A stretch of 64,000 nt of DNA from Camelus ferus. Lineage: Eukaryota. The stretch lies in assembly GCF_009834535.1 (NCBI RefSeq), contig NC_045697.1, positions 27,034,001 to 27,098,000 of the forward strand, given 5' to 3'. This document shows, one piece after another, positions 26,406-39,258 of the stretch (positions are counted from its first letter, which is position 1; the number at the start of each line of letters is the position of its first letter). The position numbers were made by a program, and so were the translations under genes. Below the pieces are notes generated by a model, which worked only from the letters and a program-made list of their open reading frames with translations, was not told the origin of the DNA and made no database searches.

Positions 26406-27224
26406 GATGATAAAATTAAAGGGTGAAAATTTAAGTGGAAATAGTGCCTAATCTCAAAGTATCTCCCCTCGAATACTTATATAACACAGGGGGGAACAGT
26501 GACTTTACCAGAATGAGAGCTGGTGGCCACCACCTTGACCAAATGACATCACTAGTAATACCTACCGACACCGTGTCCTCCCCTGCCCTCCCCCAACATG
26601 GAGCAGTTGGAAGGGCATCCTTTTCATAATGCAAACCCTGCATCTAATCAGAAAAAACAGCGGCACACTGAGGTTGAAGGACATTCTACACAGTAACTGA
26701 CCAGCACACTACAACGCGTCATGACCATGAAAAACAAGAAGAGACTGAGGGACAAGCACAGATCAGAGGAGATGAAGGAAGCTGACAACTAAATGCAACG
26801 GGGAGGGTCCTGGAAAAGAAAAAGGATGTTAGTGGGACATTTGGTGAGATGGGAATAATGTCATGACTTAATCCATAGTATTGCACTGGTGTTAATTTCT
26901 TAGTTTTGATCACTGCTCTGTGGTCACGTAAGATGTTAACATAAGGGAAAGCGGGGTGAAGAGTACACAAGAACTCTTTGTGCTGCTTTTGCAAGCCTTC
27001 CAAACATCGAAAATTATCTCCAGATTTAAAAAATAATCATCAGGGGGTGGGGGTGGTATTATTCTGGGGGCGAAAATCCAATGAGGAAGGTCAGCCAAAT
27101 GAGCACTTGACAAGTCAGACCAAGAAAGCAATCAGGCCCTGTAATACTAAGGTTGGTAAACCATCCCGCCACAGGTGCACTTTCAGTACCCGGGGCGCCA
27201 ACAACTGGATCATTCAAGAGCAAC

Positions 27225-30168
27225 TCACTGTGTTTAACGTTTTTATTTTTAACTCTGCTTTGGTAGTACAAAAGCCATAAAAGTACAAACCGGACAGTTA
27301 AAAATACATCTGACGCTCAAAATGGTGAAAAATTCCCTTTACAAATGTTGACATCAAGGTGGTAGCCAACTCACTTATCACATCAGCAGTTAGTCCATCA
27401 TTAGTGTTTTATACAGTAACTTTGTTGTGGTTCCCTGAACCTTCCAAAGGAGGAGGAAAAACACAGAAGGCCTGTAAACATCAGTTGCTTTGGGAACACT
27501 CAGGAATCCTTATTAGATAATATGAACCAGTAAAAAGCATATGTGTTGAAAATATTGAATTGCTTAACATTTGGCATATTTGGAAGCCACCTGGGAAACC
27601 ACTGCTCAAGGATTAGAAAATATTTAAAACGTACTCTTAGTATAAATACAATTTTAAATATTTCTGAGTATTTTCTTGCCTGTTGTATTGCTATCAAAAA
27701 AAGTGCTCTGATTTGAATAAAATTAAAAAATAATTTAAGCTAAAGAATATCTTATACTTTATCCCTCACCATTGGAGGGCAAAATAATTTTAAAACAAAA
27801 AAATGATTTTTTAAAAACTAAAAATGGTTGGTCTAGACTGCACATACATTATTTACACTAATGCACACCCCCAGAATTCCTATATTGCTACTTTCTGGAC
27901 CTCAGTGAAATTTACTTCCGCACTGACTTCTTCGAGTCCATTGTGTGTATTCACATACGCACATACACCTTTTAACTAGTTGTCAGCAAAAATTCATGTG
28001 AAATTGAACCAACCATTCACTTAAAAGGTTAGAAATTTTTAGTTTGATGCCAAAAAAAAAGAATGAAATGAGTATATTTACAGTAAATACTTTAAAGTAC
28101 ATTTTGATGGGAATCATCTTTTGGGAGTCAAATGAGAAATGTGTTTTCTTTTCGAAATAAAAGAAGTACCCAAGGCACCACACCAACACTGCCGTGGAGG
28201 CAGGTCTCAGAGGTTTCCCTGTGACTGGACGCCCTCACCCCTTGGCCCAGACCTACCGCAAATGTACTGCTACCTTGCCTCTGGGTGCTTGCAGGTGTTT
28301 TGTAAACTGCAAAGTTAAAAAAAACCCCAAAACCCCCAAAAAACCGGTAGGGTAATCCTCAAGAGTCCTTTATAGGGAGCATGAGTTACAAGACAGAGAA
28401 CAGGAAACTCACCAAGGACAACATACCAGAGAGAGGTGTGGGCCCATCTTGTACCAAAAGTGGAGACTGTCTTGTTTTATCAAAACAAGACTTCTTTTTA
28501 GTGACTTTAACCATTTCCTCCTTTATTCAATGGCTAAATAAGATTTGCTTAGGTTGAGTTTAAAAAAAAAAAACAAGAACAACCCAAACTCTCAATATTT
28601 TATAAGTGACCTAGGAGTGGCAGGCTGGTAGCAGGTCTGGGCTGAATTCTGGTCTCGGAATCCAAACTCTAGCACCTGGCTCCCTCTGACTCTGTGATCT
28701 TCTGGGGGATCCACAGCCCAGTGCTAGACTGGATTATCTTCAAGAAGCCTTCACCACTGAAGATTCATCTTCTATCTTCTGTAACAGTTAAACTGTGAGA
28801 GGATCTTCTGACAACCAGTAGCCAAATGAGATCTGAGGGTAGGGGAACAGAAACACACACACACAGACACGCATGTACACACGCACACGCACCCTGAGTA
28901 TTAGCTCAGACTGTACACGAATAGTTTCACTGTACATAGTGCTCGTACTGGAAAAACTGGAGTGTGTACACCAAGGCCACCAACGGGAGATTGGGAGGGG
29001 GTGATGGCTGGGAAGATAAAAAAATGAACTCTCTTCCTCCCTGAAAATGTAATCAATTTTCCATCAGACATTTTTTTAAACCAAAACTTGTTTCAAAGCA
29101 AACTGAATTCTGTGTCCAGCATAGCAACAACATTCCCTTTTAGCTTTCATCCACATGCCTGCAGACTCCACCCTAGAAATTGTATAAAAGATAAAAAAAT
29201 AATTCCCTAGGCAACTTCATATGTCGTAAGTTTTCAGTCTCTTAGAACTCTTCAAGTGAAGTCACTCCTGCAAGAGAAAACAAAAGAGGTAAAGCTTTGT
29301 AAAAGGACAACATCATATCACACATTAATCTACCGAAATATTGAAACACACAGAGGAATTACAAACCATCCTCACCAGTCCCACCCCCTCCCACTCCACC
29401 CAACTGCATTCCTTCCCCCATTCCACGTTTCTTCTAGAATTTGGTCTAAGGAAATTTAAGTCCTACAATTTCAAAAGGACCTCTTTATCAAGGTTTTTTA
29501 AACAAGAAAGGACAGAACTTGAGAAGCACCGTAGACTGAGGGCATCAGTCTGTTCTAACAGGAGTCTCTGAGGGGACTGGTGGCCCGCTCCCTGTGAGTC
29601 AGGTGCCACTCCCTCCCGGGAACCTGTGCTTTAACCCTTCAGCCACCTCTGTCAGGTAACGAGCAGCAGGTGAACGTGGTCCACCACAAGGAACCTCAGA
29701 TGTGCCAGGTGAGCTGTCTTTCCCAAGCCACACCAAACTGAGATAACTCTGCATCTCCACTGAGTAATCAGGGCAGCGTGGCTGAGACTCACTGGGCAAG
29801 TCAGAAAACAAGGATAAATGCTCACTCAGTCTTAGGTCTTCTTTGTAGCTCAGAGGGCTCTGTATTATATGTTTAAGTTCTTCCAACAACCGGTCCACGC
29901 CCATGCCCACATTACAAATGAAGCCCCTTGTAAACTTGTAAAATAATTTTCTACTTTTCAGGGTTTTTTTTTTAAACTGTTGTCCCATCTAAGCGACAGA
30001 CAGTTATGAACGCTCTTACCCTTCTGTTTTGAAGACTGGGATAGCCCACGACAAGACTAAAATTCTAGATCTGCCTGTGTATTCTGAAACATGCACAACA
30101 CGGAGGCCAACCTACACCAGGTTATAAAACATTCTCTTGTCTGCCAAAATTGTGCTGTCCTAGAAATG
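27225..30168 (-). other. RELL1: Probable RELL1 terminal non-coding exon (3' UTR)
   Basis: Exon 6 ends in a strong donor after the stop, so a further exon is expected. Strong acceptor tttcatctctatctttctttag| at 30169 (alternative AG at 30160). The body is repeat-poor and AU-rich, ending at the poly(A) signal near 27242. Confidence 0.6.
27242..27247 (-). terminator. RELL1: RELL1 polyadenylation signal AATAAA
   Basis: Plus-strand TTTATT, with two upstream UGUA elements (TTTGTAC) and a GU-rich downstream element on the minus strand. Confidence 0.6.
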
Positions 30169-31633
30169 CTAAAGAAAGATAGAGATGAAACCACCTTGCA
30201 GAAATATGAAGCAGCAGCAAAAAGTGGGTAAAGATGTCTTAATTTAAGCATCACTTTTTAGTTATTTTACAGCGCATCCTTCAAGATGTATAGTCTGGTA
30301 TTATCCATATTACACTTTTCTGTCACTGTCATTTACAACATTCACAATGGTTGTGGTGGGGGGTGCGATGGAGAGAAAGATATTCCCCGAACTAATCAGA
30401 TTGGGTAAAAGGACACTTATCCCCTTAGCTGAACAGGAAATAAAGCCTTGTCCCCTAAAACATCATGAGCCGAGTTATTAATTATAAATGAATAACTAAT
30501 GCCCTGCTGCATTGCTACAACCTAACACAGCTGACTGTGGATCTGTGCTGCAAAACTGAACAAAGTCAAGTCTAGGAATACCTTCAGTTGAGAGTCGATT
30601 AATGTGGAAGACATTCCACAGGGGAAAAAAGTAGAAAAGCCAGAGGTATAGAAATAGCAAAACTGCCCTAAAGGAAAAACTGTAAGAAACAAGAGAGAAT
30701 TTTCCCAGTAAAACTGCAAACTAGGCCACTATCTAGAAAATAGGCATTCAACTGTTTTTATGTCTCTTCTTTTATCACCTGTTCCCTGAGACTTGGACAT
30801 TTTTGCATCAAGAGAAGCAAGAAGGTCAAGAGCAAGGGACTTCACGCCTAGAATATGACGTTTCATCACAGTCAGAGTTTTCTTTCCAACATAGCAGAGC
30901 TTCCTGTTTAGAGTTCTTTGCACAGGTTTGACCACCTTTAAGGAGTAAGAATGCAAGACCAAGGGCTGGGCTACGAAGGAGAGGTGTGGAGCCAGTGGCC
31001 TGTCTCCAAATCCAAACCCCTATGACTAACTGTTGAACTTTGGCCTCTCTGCAGCATCCCTCGTAGGGTTCCTGGGAGTTTTACAGAAGAGGATACATAT
31101 ACAATGCTTAATAAGTACAGGGCCATGCCGTCAGCACCCCCTCAAAGTTAGCTATTATGATCAATGCCATCATCTACACAATCATGTTGGCTTTCTTTGA
31201 CTACGGCCTTCTGCAGCTGATTAAAACTGCACTGTGCACAGTATCTTTGTAGTTGTGAAAACTACAACTTTCTGCTTAAAGTGCTGACTACTAATACCAG
31301 ACCCTAAGCAGAAAAAGAAAAGTCAACCTTTTTCAAGGCTCTATTGAAAGCTACCCAGCACTGATTCACAGTTCTGGCCTCTCCCTCTTCACAAACAAAG
31401 GCTTAAGGGAGTCCTTGACTGGTACAACAGCTATCAATTTCCAGGTAAATACCTGTCTTATCGGAGTGATAACCTAGAGGAAAGAAGACACCACGTTCTG
31501 TATGGCTTGTAAATGTCCAACTGCAGCCTTATTTCTGAGACTGTGTCATGGTGCACTTGACATTGTTAAATTTCTTTTCATTTCATTCTATAGATGAGGA
31601 TCTGCCCATATCGATAAACAAACACATACTTTA

Positions 31634-31890
31634 TTTTTTTCTTTTCATACTCTTTTCCATTATAGGTTACTATAAGATATTGAATAAAGTTCCCTGTGCT
31701 ATACAGTATAAACTTGTTGTTTATCCAGTTTTGTGAGGACTTTCCTTGTATTTCCGATGGAAGAGATATCCTGCCAAAGCTCAGTGGGTACTCTGTGCGA
31801 ATGGTTCTGTATGTGGATGCAGTTTTTGATGTATTAGTGGGAGAGAGTGAGCTACGTGTCCTTCTACACCAACATCTTGGCAATCTCCTC
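31634..31890 (-). mobile_element. 257-bp bipartite L1-derived retroelement (L1 5' terminus fused to L1 3' UTR)
   Basis: Perfect 15-bp TSD CAAACACATACTTTA at 31619-31633 and 31891-31905. 31725-31890 resembles an artiodactyl L1 5' end (CAAGATG..GTAGAAGGAC..GCTCAC). 31634-31724 resembles the L1 3' UTR copies elsewhere in the window. Confidence 0.75.
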
Positions 31891-34800
31891 CAAACACATA
31901 CTTTAAAGTAGCACTTTTTTACCACAGCACATTAATGCTACAAGGTGCCTTCTGCATGGGCACACAGCTGTCAGAACCAGGAGTGGGCTGGCATAAATGC
32001 CAGGAAGGACAGGAGGGGCAGACGACACTCCACCCACACGCTACTCTCAGCTCCCGTCACCATGGGACCCCACCATATCTAACAAGACTGATCTATCTTT
32101 TTTAGGGGGTAGGGTAGGGAAATTTGATGATTACTGTCTTATACAAGCGAGCACTCAAGCTGGCAGAAATAAAGCAAAACTTTCTTCTACTGAAAAGGCA
32201 ATTCAGAAATCCCAGTGTGACCACTTGCATGGTAAAACGAGATAGATGGAGAGAAATTAAGAACCTCAGGAAAAATTTATCTGGAAGGAAGACATCAACT
32301 TTTTCTTTAGCGTTTATTGCTTACTATACAGTTCTAATTATAAAGATAAAACTGTAATTCCACTATTATGTTAAGGTTCCACAGAAGCCACAACACATCT
32401 TTGATTAGGACACACATGTGCCTTGGTAAAAGTCTCCCTTAAAAAAAGGATCTGGTCTCTTTAAAAATTAGAACCATGTTTTCAGAAACTAGAAGCCTAA
32501 ACAGATTGGACAGTGAACACTAAGAGCTCAAAGGACAGAGGGTTAAGGAAGGAAAAGATTGTCTGATTAATAACAACAGTGGCCGACATTTACAGAGCGC
32601 TTTCCATGCACCAGGCACTCCCGTGCCCAGCACCGCAGAGTCAGTAACTCAGTCTTTCCAATGAATCCACAAGCCAACCACAATCCTCCTTTCCACAGGA
32701 GGAAACTGAGGTTCAATAGCTCACCGAAGGCCACACAATTAATAATGGGAAAGCAGTGATCCCACCTCAGGCAGTCACACCTGGAAGCCACACAGTCACA
32801 CCCACCACGCACCGCCCCACCAGTCACACAGAGACACTCCAGGCGCCATGAGATCTTCTGATGCCCTGCCTTCTCTGCTCTTCCCTGAATCATGCCAGTG
32901 AGAAGTTCTGCACTCCTTGTAGCTTTTCTGACATTAGATTTAGCTCTTACTGGCAAGTCTGAAGGTTGCTCTTTACTGAGTTATCGCTTCACAGCAATTT
33001 AAATGTGTTCATATATTTGGCAACAGCGGGTTTCCCAAGTGGCAATCGCTGAACACTTGTGATTTACCAGCCCTGGGGATGGTGAGAATCAGAGCACTTT
33101 ATTCCAAGTAAAATGTAAACGACATTAAAAGTTATTCAAGGGTTCACCTGCGAATTACTTAAATGCAATTCAGCAGTTCCCTACTAGTCTCTATACATCT
33201 ATCACCCAACACTAAGTTAGAGTTAGAATAACTTACGACTCTGAATGGTCCCACCTCTCACTAATATGGAAAACAAAACAAGTTAAATGTTACCTCTCTA
33301 CTGCCTCGTGAGCCAGAATTCAGCTAACCACCTTTAGTAAGCCTCTACCTGAATATCAAATAAACAAAACTACGTCTTATAGGTTATGTCTCTCTAAGCC
33401 TCAGGAAAATTAAGTATCAAAAACCATTAATTTTTCACACCTTCATTTGCTAAGTGTTTAAATAGGTCTCGCCTGATATAATACTGTAATAATAACATCA
33501 AGCATTTGTCTACGTAGCACTTACTAAGTGCCAAGGAACAAAATCTCTACCAGGTAGGAGGGATTATCATTATTAAGCCCACTTTATGGATGGAGAAGCT
33601 GAGGCATCAGAGGCTAAGGAACTTGCCCAAGATTACACAGCTGAAAAGGAACAGACCAGGACTGGGGCATGAACTATCGAATTCCAGAGCCTGCACTGTG
33701 CAGTTTCTACAGCATTACACAGAAAACAGGTGACTTAGAGAAAACAGGCACTATTATTTACTTAGCTATTTAACGTGAGACAGTTCAAAGCCTCGAGTTC
33801 CAAATTAAGAAAAATTAAAATCCTGATTATTACTATTAATTTCCTCTTTTTTCTCTTTCGAGGCAAAAATGTGTCCAAAAGCATTTCATTTTCTGTCTCC
33901 CACGGGCTCCCTCAGGTCTGCCTTTACATCCTCCAAAAAGCCTCCGTGAGGCTCCAGTGCTGCAGTTTCTGTGCTGAAAGGGGCAGATGTCACAGCCCTC
34001 TTTCCTAAGCCTTGTCGGAGTGCGGACAGGGCCACAGGGGAGGAGAGATAAGCTCTCTGAGGAGGTCAGGGGGTCAACTTCTGGTCAACACTAAGGAGGG
34101 GCCCTGGAGTCGACGCTGCCCAGGGAGATATGTGCAGGGAGGAGGCAGCAACTTCAGTGGCAAATCAAAATAAAACAAAACAAGAACACTCAGGTCCCCC
34201 GTGTTGTCTCAATTCTGGGAATACTGACAAATATGTTTCAGTCTCTTCTAACCACAGAACAAGACTGTGGAAGAATCACTTACAACACTGTAGTTGATGA
34301 CAGCAAAGTATGTTTTCAGGTCGCTCCAAAACACCCAGATTACGTCCATAAATGCTCTGGGGCTATTCTCCGCAACAAAGAACAAACAGGACAAATGACA
34401 TCTTAAATGTCCAGCATGTTCACTCCTCATGGCTCAATGAACGTGGGAGAGTAAAATTAGTCCATGGAACTTATCAGTCATCAACGTCAATAAACAGCAA
34501 GGCACAGATAAGTATCTAAGTTCTCGTCTGTGAAAGGCGAAGGAGGGGGCAGACACATATATATGTTGTATAAGCACATATATGCATAGAATAATCCTGA
34601 AAGGATACAGAGGACACAGATTGCCACGGTCCCCTCTTGGGAAGGTGCTGGGAGATGAGATGTGTGTGGTGGGGGAGAAGGGGTGTGGATATGGTGAAGA
34701 CTCACTTTTTTTTTAAAGACCTGTTTCACCCTGCAGCCTTTCATGCCATTTGAATATTGCATTGTGTGCATGTCTTATTTTCCAATTTTTAAACAAGGGT

Positions 34801-36804
34801 TCAAGGTCAAACATTTGTAATATCCAGTACCTTGGAGAGAGTGAAGGGATGGAACGAGTGGAAAGCACAAGTCCAGGCTCTGGAATAAACCATCTGCATG
34901 ACCCTGAACAACAGACATAACGTCCCAGGGCCTCCTCACTCTAGAACGAGGAGACCAGGGGCCCTGGGGAGAAAACCTAGTACAAGAACGAGAACAGAAG
35001 CTCCATGAAAACATGGCCCTAGTCTGTCCGTTTTCCACACTGCTGTGTCCCCAAGGCCCGGCACGAAGTAGGGGCCCATTAGATACTTTTAAAAGCTGTA
35101 ATTGTACTTGAATTGACCTGATCTAGGCATCACATCCTCGGAGATCTCAAAGTCTATGATCCCGGGACTGATCCAGGCACAGCTCTAACATCGAAAAGAC
35201 AGCACCCAATGGTCCCCTTCAGAGACCAGAGGAGGCCATGCCTGGGGAATGTAGAAAATATTGAAATAATCACTGCTGTGAGTTACAGGGCTAAACTAAA
35301 TGAGGACTTTATTCTTTGCTGGCGTAAACAAAGCTCCCTTGAATTTCAAAACCACTGAGCATGTCAGCTGTAAAGTACTGATTTCTTCCCATCCAAGCCC
35401 TCGCCCCACCTGGCCCAGGGATCTGGGGAAAACTCACCCCTGAGCCTGGTTCTTCATCTGTCAAGTGAAGGGAGGATCACCCATAGCACATCAGGTTGCA
35501 TTTAAACGTCCATCCCTCGCTCAGCTCTTTCCTCATCCGCCTGGATCTACAACCTGTGCTTCGTGTGGCCAGTGAACGATTGAAGACAGCGGTTAACCTC
35601 CCTCCAATTCCATATTTAAGATGGACTCAGTGGGACTGGGCTTCCACATAAGAACAACACAAGCATCAGGCAAAGGACCGCTTTTACTCTTTAGAAATGT
35701 GTTTAGCATCTGAAAATCAAGCCAGGTGGTCCTCTCCATGCCTACGTGAGGCGCAGTTTCCATTTATAAAGGCCAGTGAACCCTATTAAGGGGTTTCCAT
35801 CAAATCCGGGATTGTTTGCTCTTTAAAAGAAAAAAAATATGTGTTTTGCCCTGAAAAAAAATTAGCTATGGAGAAAAAAAATAACTCATGGTACTTGAAG
35901 TTTCTCACCGTCTTCTCCTTCCCTGGAGAATTATCAAAAGAAGAACCACACGGAGGACCGCAGATAAAGTCCCCATGGGGACCACCAGTGCACTGCCTGT
36001 CACCAGAGATAAAAAGCAAAGAGGAGAAAAGCTTGACTTTCCTCGGGAAATGAAGGCTCCGAAGGTCAGGAAAGCTGACCTTGTGACCGGCCACGGTCCC
36101 GAGGCGGGAGGGAGCACGGCCCATGAAACAGTCTCAGCAGAAAGGACGCTTTCATCCCAGGGCAGAGCCCCAGCGGAGCAGCAGCGGGGTTACGTGCAGA
36201 AATCTCAGTCCACACCACCTCTTAGCATAGCCCCTCCTCTGATCTCTACAATGAAAAGAACTTAAGTCGCAAAACTTTCCAATTGCCTTGTTACTAATTC
36301 TGGTTCCACCTCCAGTGGGAGGGGCATGGCTATTTCTAAGGCCCTCTTAACACAAACGAGAAAATGGCCCAAATTCCTAAGGGACTTGCCAAATATCTAT
36401 TTCTGAGACGTCCAGAGAGTCCAAAGCTCTAATGTTCTTAAGATGTAAAATGGGAGTCACAGTATCTAAAACTGATGCTTGAGAAATGGGCTAATAAATA
36501 ACCAGGACCCCTGTGAATGGGGTGAAAGTTATTGATAATAGTGAATACTTAGTTAATAGTAACTCTGCCAAGGCATGATTTCAGAGATACACGTACACAT
36601 TTATGTCATTGACGTCCAACGCCCCCATTTTAAAGACAAAGAACTTGTGGCTTGGAGGGGTTAACTTGCCGAAAGCATAAGTAGTTAGTGATACAGTTAA
36701 AATTAAATATAAGCAGTTTAAAACTCAGCTTGTAATCACTACGCTAAATGACTGAAATAAGAATTAATAGCTTCAATAATAAAACAATTTAAAATAAAGA
36801 ACAG

Positions 36805-37020
36805 ATACTACTAGATGAAAAATAGATAAGACAATGGGTCCTACTGTATAGCACAGAGAACTATATTCAATATCTTGTAATAGTCTATAATGAAAAAGAA
36901 TATGAAAAGGAATATATATGTGTGTATCTGAATCACCATGTGTGCACCAGAAACTAACACATTGTAAATCAAATACTTCAATTAAAAATTAAAAAAGGAA
37001 ACTCAAACCTCAAAAAAAAG
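36805..37020 (+). mobile_element. Short LINE-1 3' end
   Basis: CTACTGTATAGCACAGAGAACTATATTCAATATCTTGTAATA...ATACTTCAATTAAAAA. Confidence 0.85.
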
Positions 37021-39057
37021 TGAAATAAAGAGACATCTAATATAATGAATTTTTGTTTTGATAAAAAATAGTGTTATGTAAACTTTAATACCATAAACTA
37101 GGAAAAGTAGACACTTCAGAAACACACGCTATAGAACGCTTACGACAGCATCGTTTTTAAAAAGCTAAAGAACAGTGATAATGAAGACAAGGCAGTGGCA
37201 TTTGGAGGCTGAAAGCAATTTGATTTATTTAACTTTGAAGAACAAAAGCTTATTCTTCTAAGAAGAAATCAAAACACATTTTCTGTGGAAAAAAGAAACC
37301 ATTTTAACAGCATTGCCAAAATAAATCAGGCAGAGGGCAAGTTAGATCCAACTACAAAAAAGAACTCAGGCCAAGGAAACGGGGAAAAAAGAATAAAGGG
37401 GGGAAGAAATGCCAAACAGCAGATTTTGTTTTTTAAAAAGAGAAGGAGGGAGAGAGAGAGAGAGATCCTAAGCTTAGTTTGTAGTATCAAATGTTTATTT
37501 TTTTTTAAAAAAAGAAGGAAACCTAACCAGTGAGTAGACATGTATTTGCACTTGAACAGTTGAATCAGTTCTACATTAAAAGAAGGCATTCCAGTAAAAA
37601 AGCATGGCCAAAAATCCAAATACGACTCTAAAAACTGTATTAGCTAGTAGAACAGAGACTTAACCCTCCTGTCTCGCTGTGTGAGCTACATTCCAGTGCA
37701 CATTTTCCAATTCAGCCCAGAACCAGAGACCTGGTCCCAGACGGGAAAATTTCAGGATTTCTCTAGTTAGAAAATCATATTAAATAGCCCAAACATACTC
37801 TGGGCATGAGAAATATTAAGAACTCAAGCAAGAAAAATTTTAAGGAATACATAAATGTTTTTAAGTGTCAGTGAATATGCCCTTCCCTCCTTTCTCAGAG
37901 TCCCTTCCCTGCTGGGGTCACCAGACATCATCACTCCACAGGTCCCAGCCCAGCAGGCTCGCTCACCCAACGGGACCTGCCTTCCCCGGACCCAGCGGAG
38001 CGGTGAAGTCTGGGACTTCAGAAGCCGGGCTGCCTGATTTGGACTCTAAATGCCACCACATTCTTGCTGGAGACTCTACACAAGTAGCTTCATCTCTCTG
38101 TGCTTAAACTGGCCCCTAACTGTGAGGACTAAATCCGTCACTGCGTGAAATATGCCTTCCAAAGCGTGCCAGGTACAGGGCAGATGCTCAATACACAGCA
38201 TGTATCATAATTAAACTACTCCGTGGGCATTTGTGATACTATTCTCTTTCCTTTTGAGTCAGTTTGAAATTTCCCATAATAAATTTTTTTTTAACTTCAA
38301 CATTAATTACAATTAATTACAATTGAAGGCTCAGAAAACACATCCCCTTTCTAGGGTCACTCGTGTGCTCACTGCTTTGGATGGCATAACACTACTGAGA
38401 GTCAAGCACAGGCCAGACATTGGCCTCCCATCAGTGAATTTAATACACTATTTCACATTCAAGGAAACCAGGCGCGAGGGCAGTTAAGGACAATTTCCAA
38501 GTGGTGAAGCTCGGATGTGTGGCCAGGTCTCCTCATCAAATCCGATGCTCTTTTATAAACATTGACTGTGTGCTTTGCAGAGAATATCAAGTTGTAAACC
38601 AGCTAGATGTGGTTATTAGGATTTCAGATGACTGGGTCAAATACAGATCCAGACAGAATTTGGACTGAGAAAACTAGTTGAACAACCCCAATTCTTTTAA
38701 CCTTCCCAGGTCGTGAGTGCCTCTCTCCGGGGCGCAGCAGCCAAAACCAGCCAAGGCATATCAGCCAGGCTGTGATTGGGCTGAGCCTGACAGAGGGTCA
38801 CCTCGCGCTCCCTGCCTGAGGGCCAGCCTTGTCTTCTCCCACACGGCCTGCTCCATCTCTCAGCACGCTGCCAGGCTGACGCCTCACGCACAACCCACGC
38901 TTTCCCCGCAGTGAAACTGGCTGAGCCTTCTCACCTTAGACTCGAATAGCCAGATACTTCTCTTCCCAGACCGACAAGTCCTCACGACTTCAATCAGAAT
39001 ATTTCTCTCATTGACCGAAGTCACCCCGGATTCCAACGCTAACGTCAAAGGTACCGT

Positions 39058-39258
39058 CTACTCTGTTCAATAAAACTTTCCATGATGACGGAAATGTTCT
39101 GTATCTGCGCCGCCCAATATGGCAGACGCTAGTCATCGGTGGCAAATGAACACTTGAACGTGACTAGTGCAACTGCAGAACTAAACTTTTCACTTTAGTT
39201 CATTTAAATTTAAGCAGCCAGAAGTGACCAGCGGCTACATTAGACCACGAGATTCTAG
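39058..39258. mobile_element. MER3-like hAT-Charlie MITE
   Basis: AACTTTCCATGATGACGGAAATGTTCTGTATCTGCGC...CACTTGAACGTGACTAGTG is MER3-like. An opposite-orientation copy lies at ~61253-61460. Confidence 0.7.
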
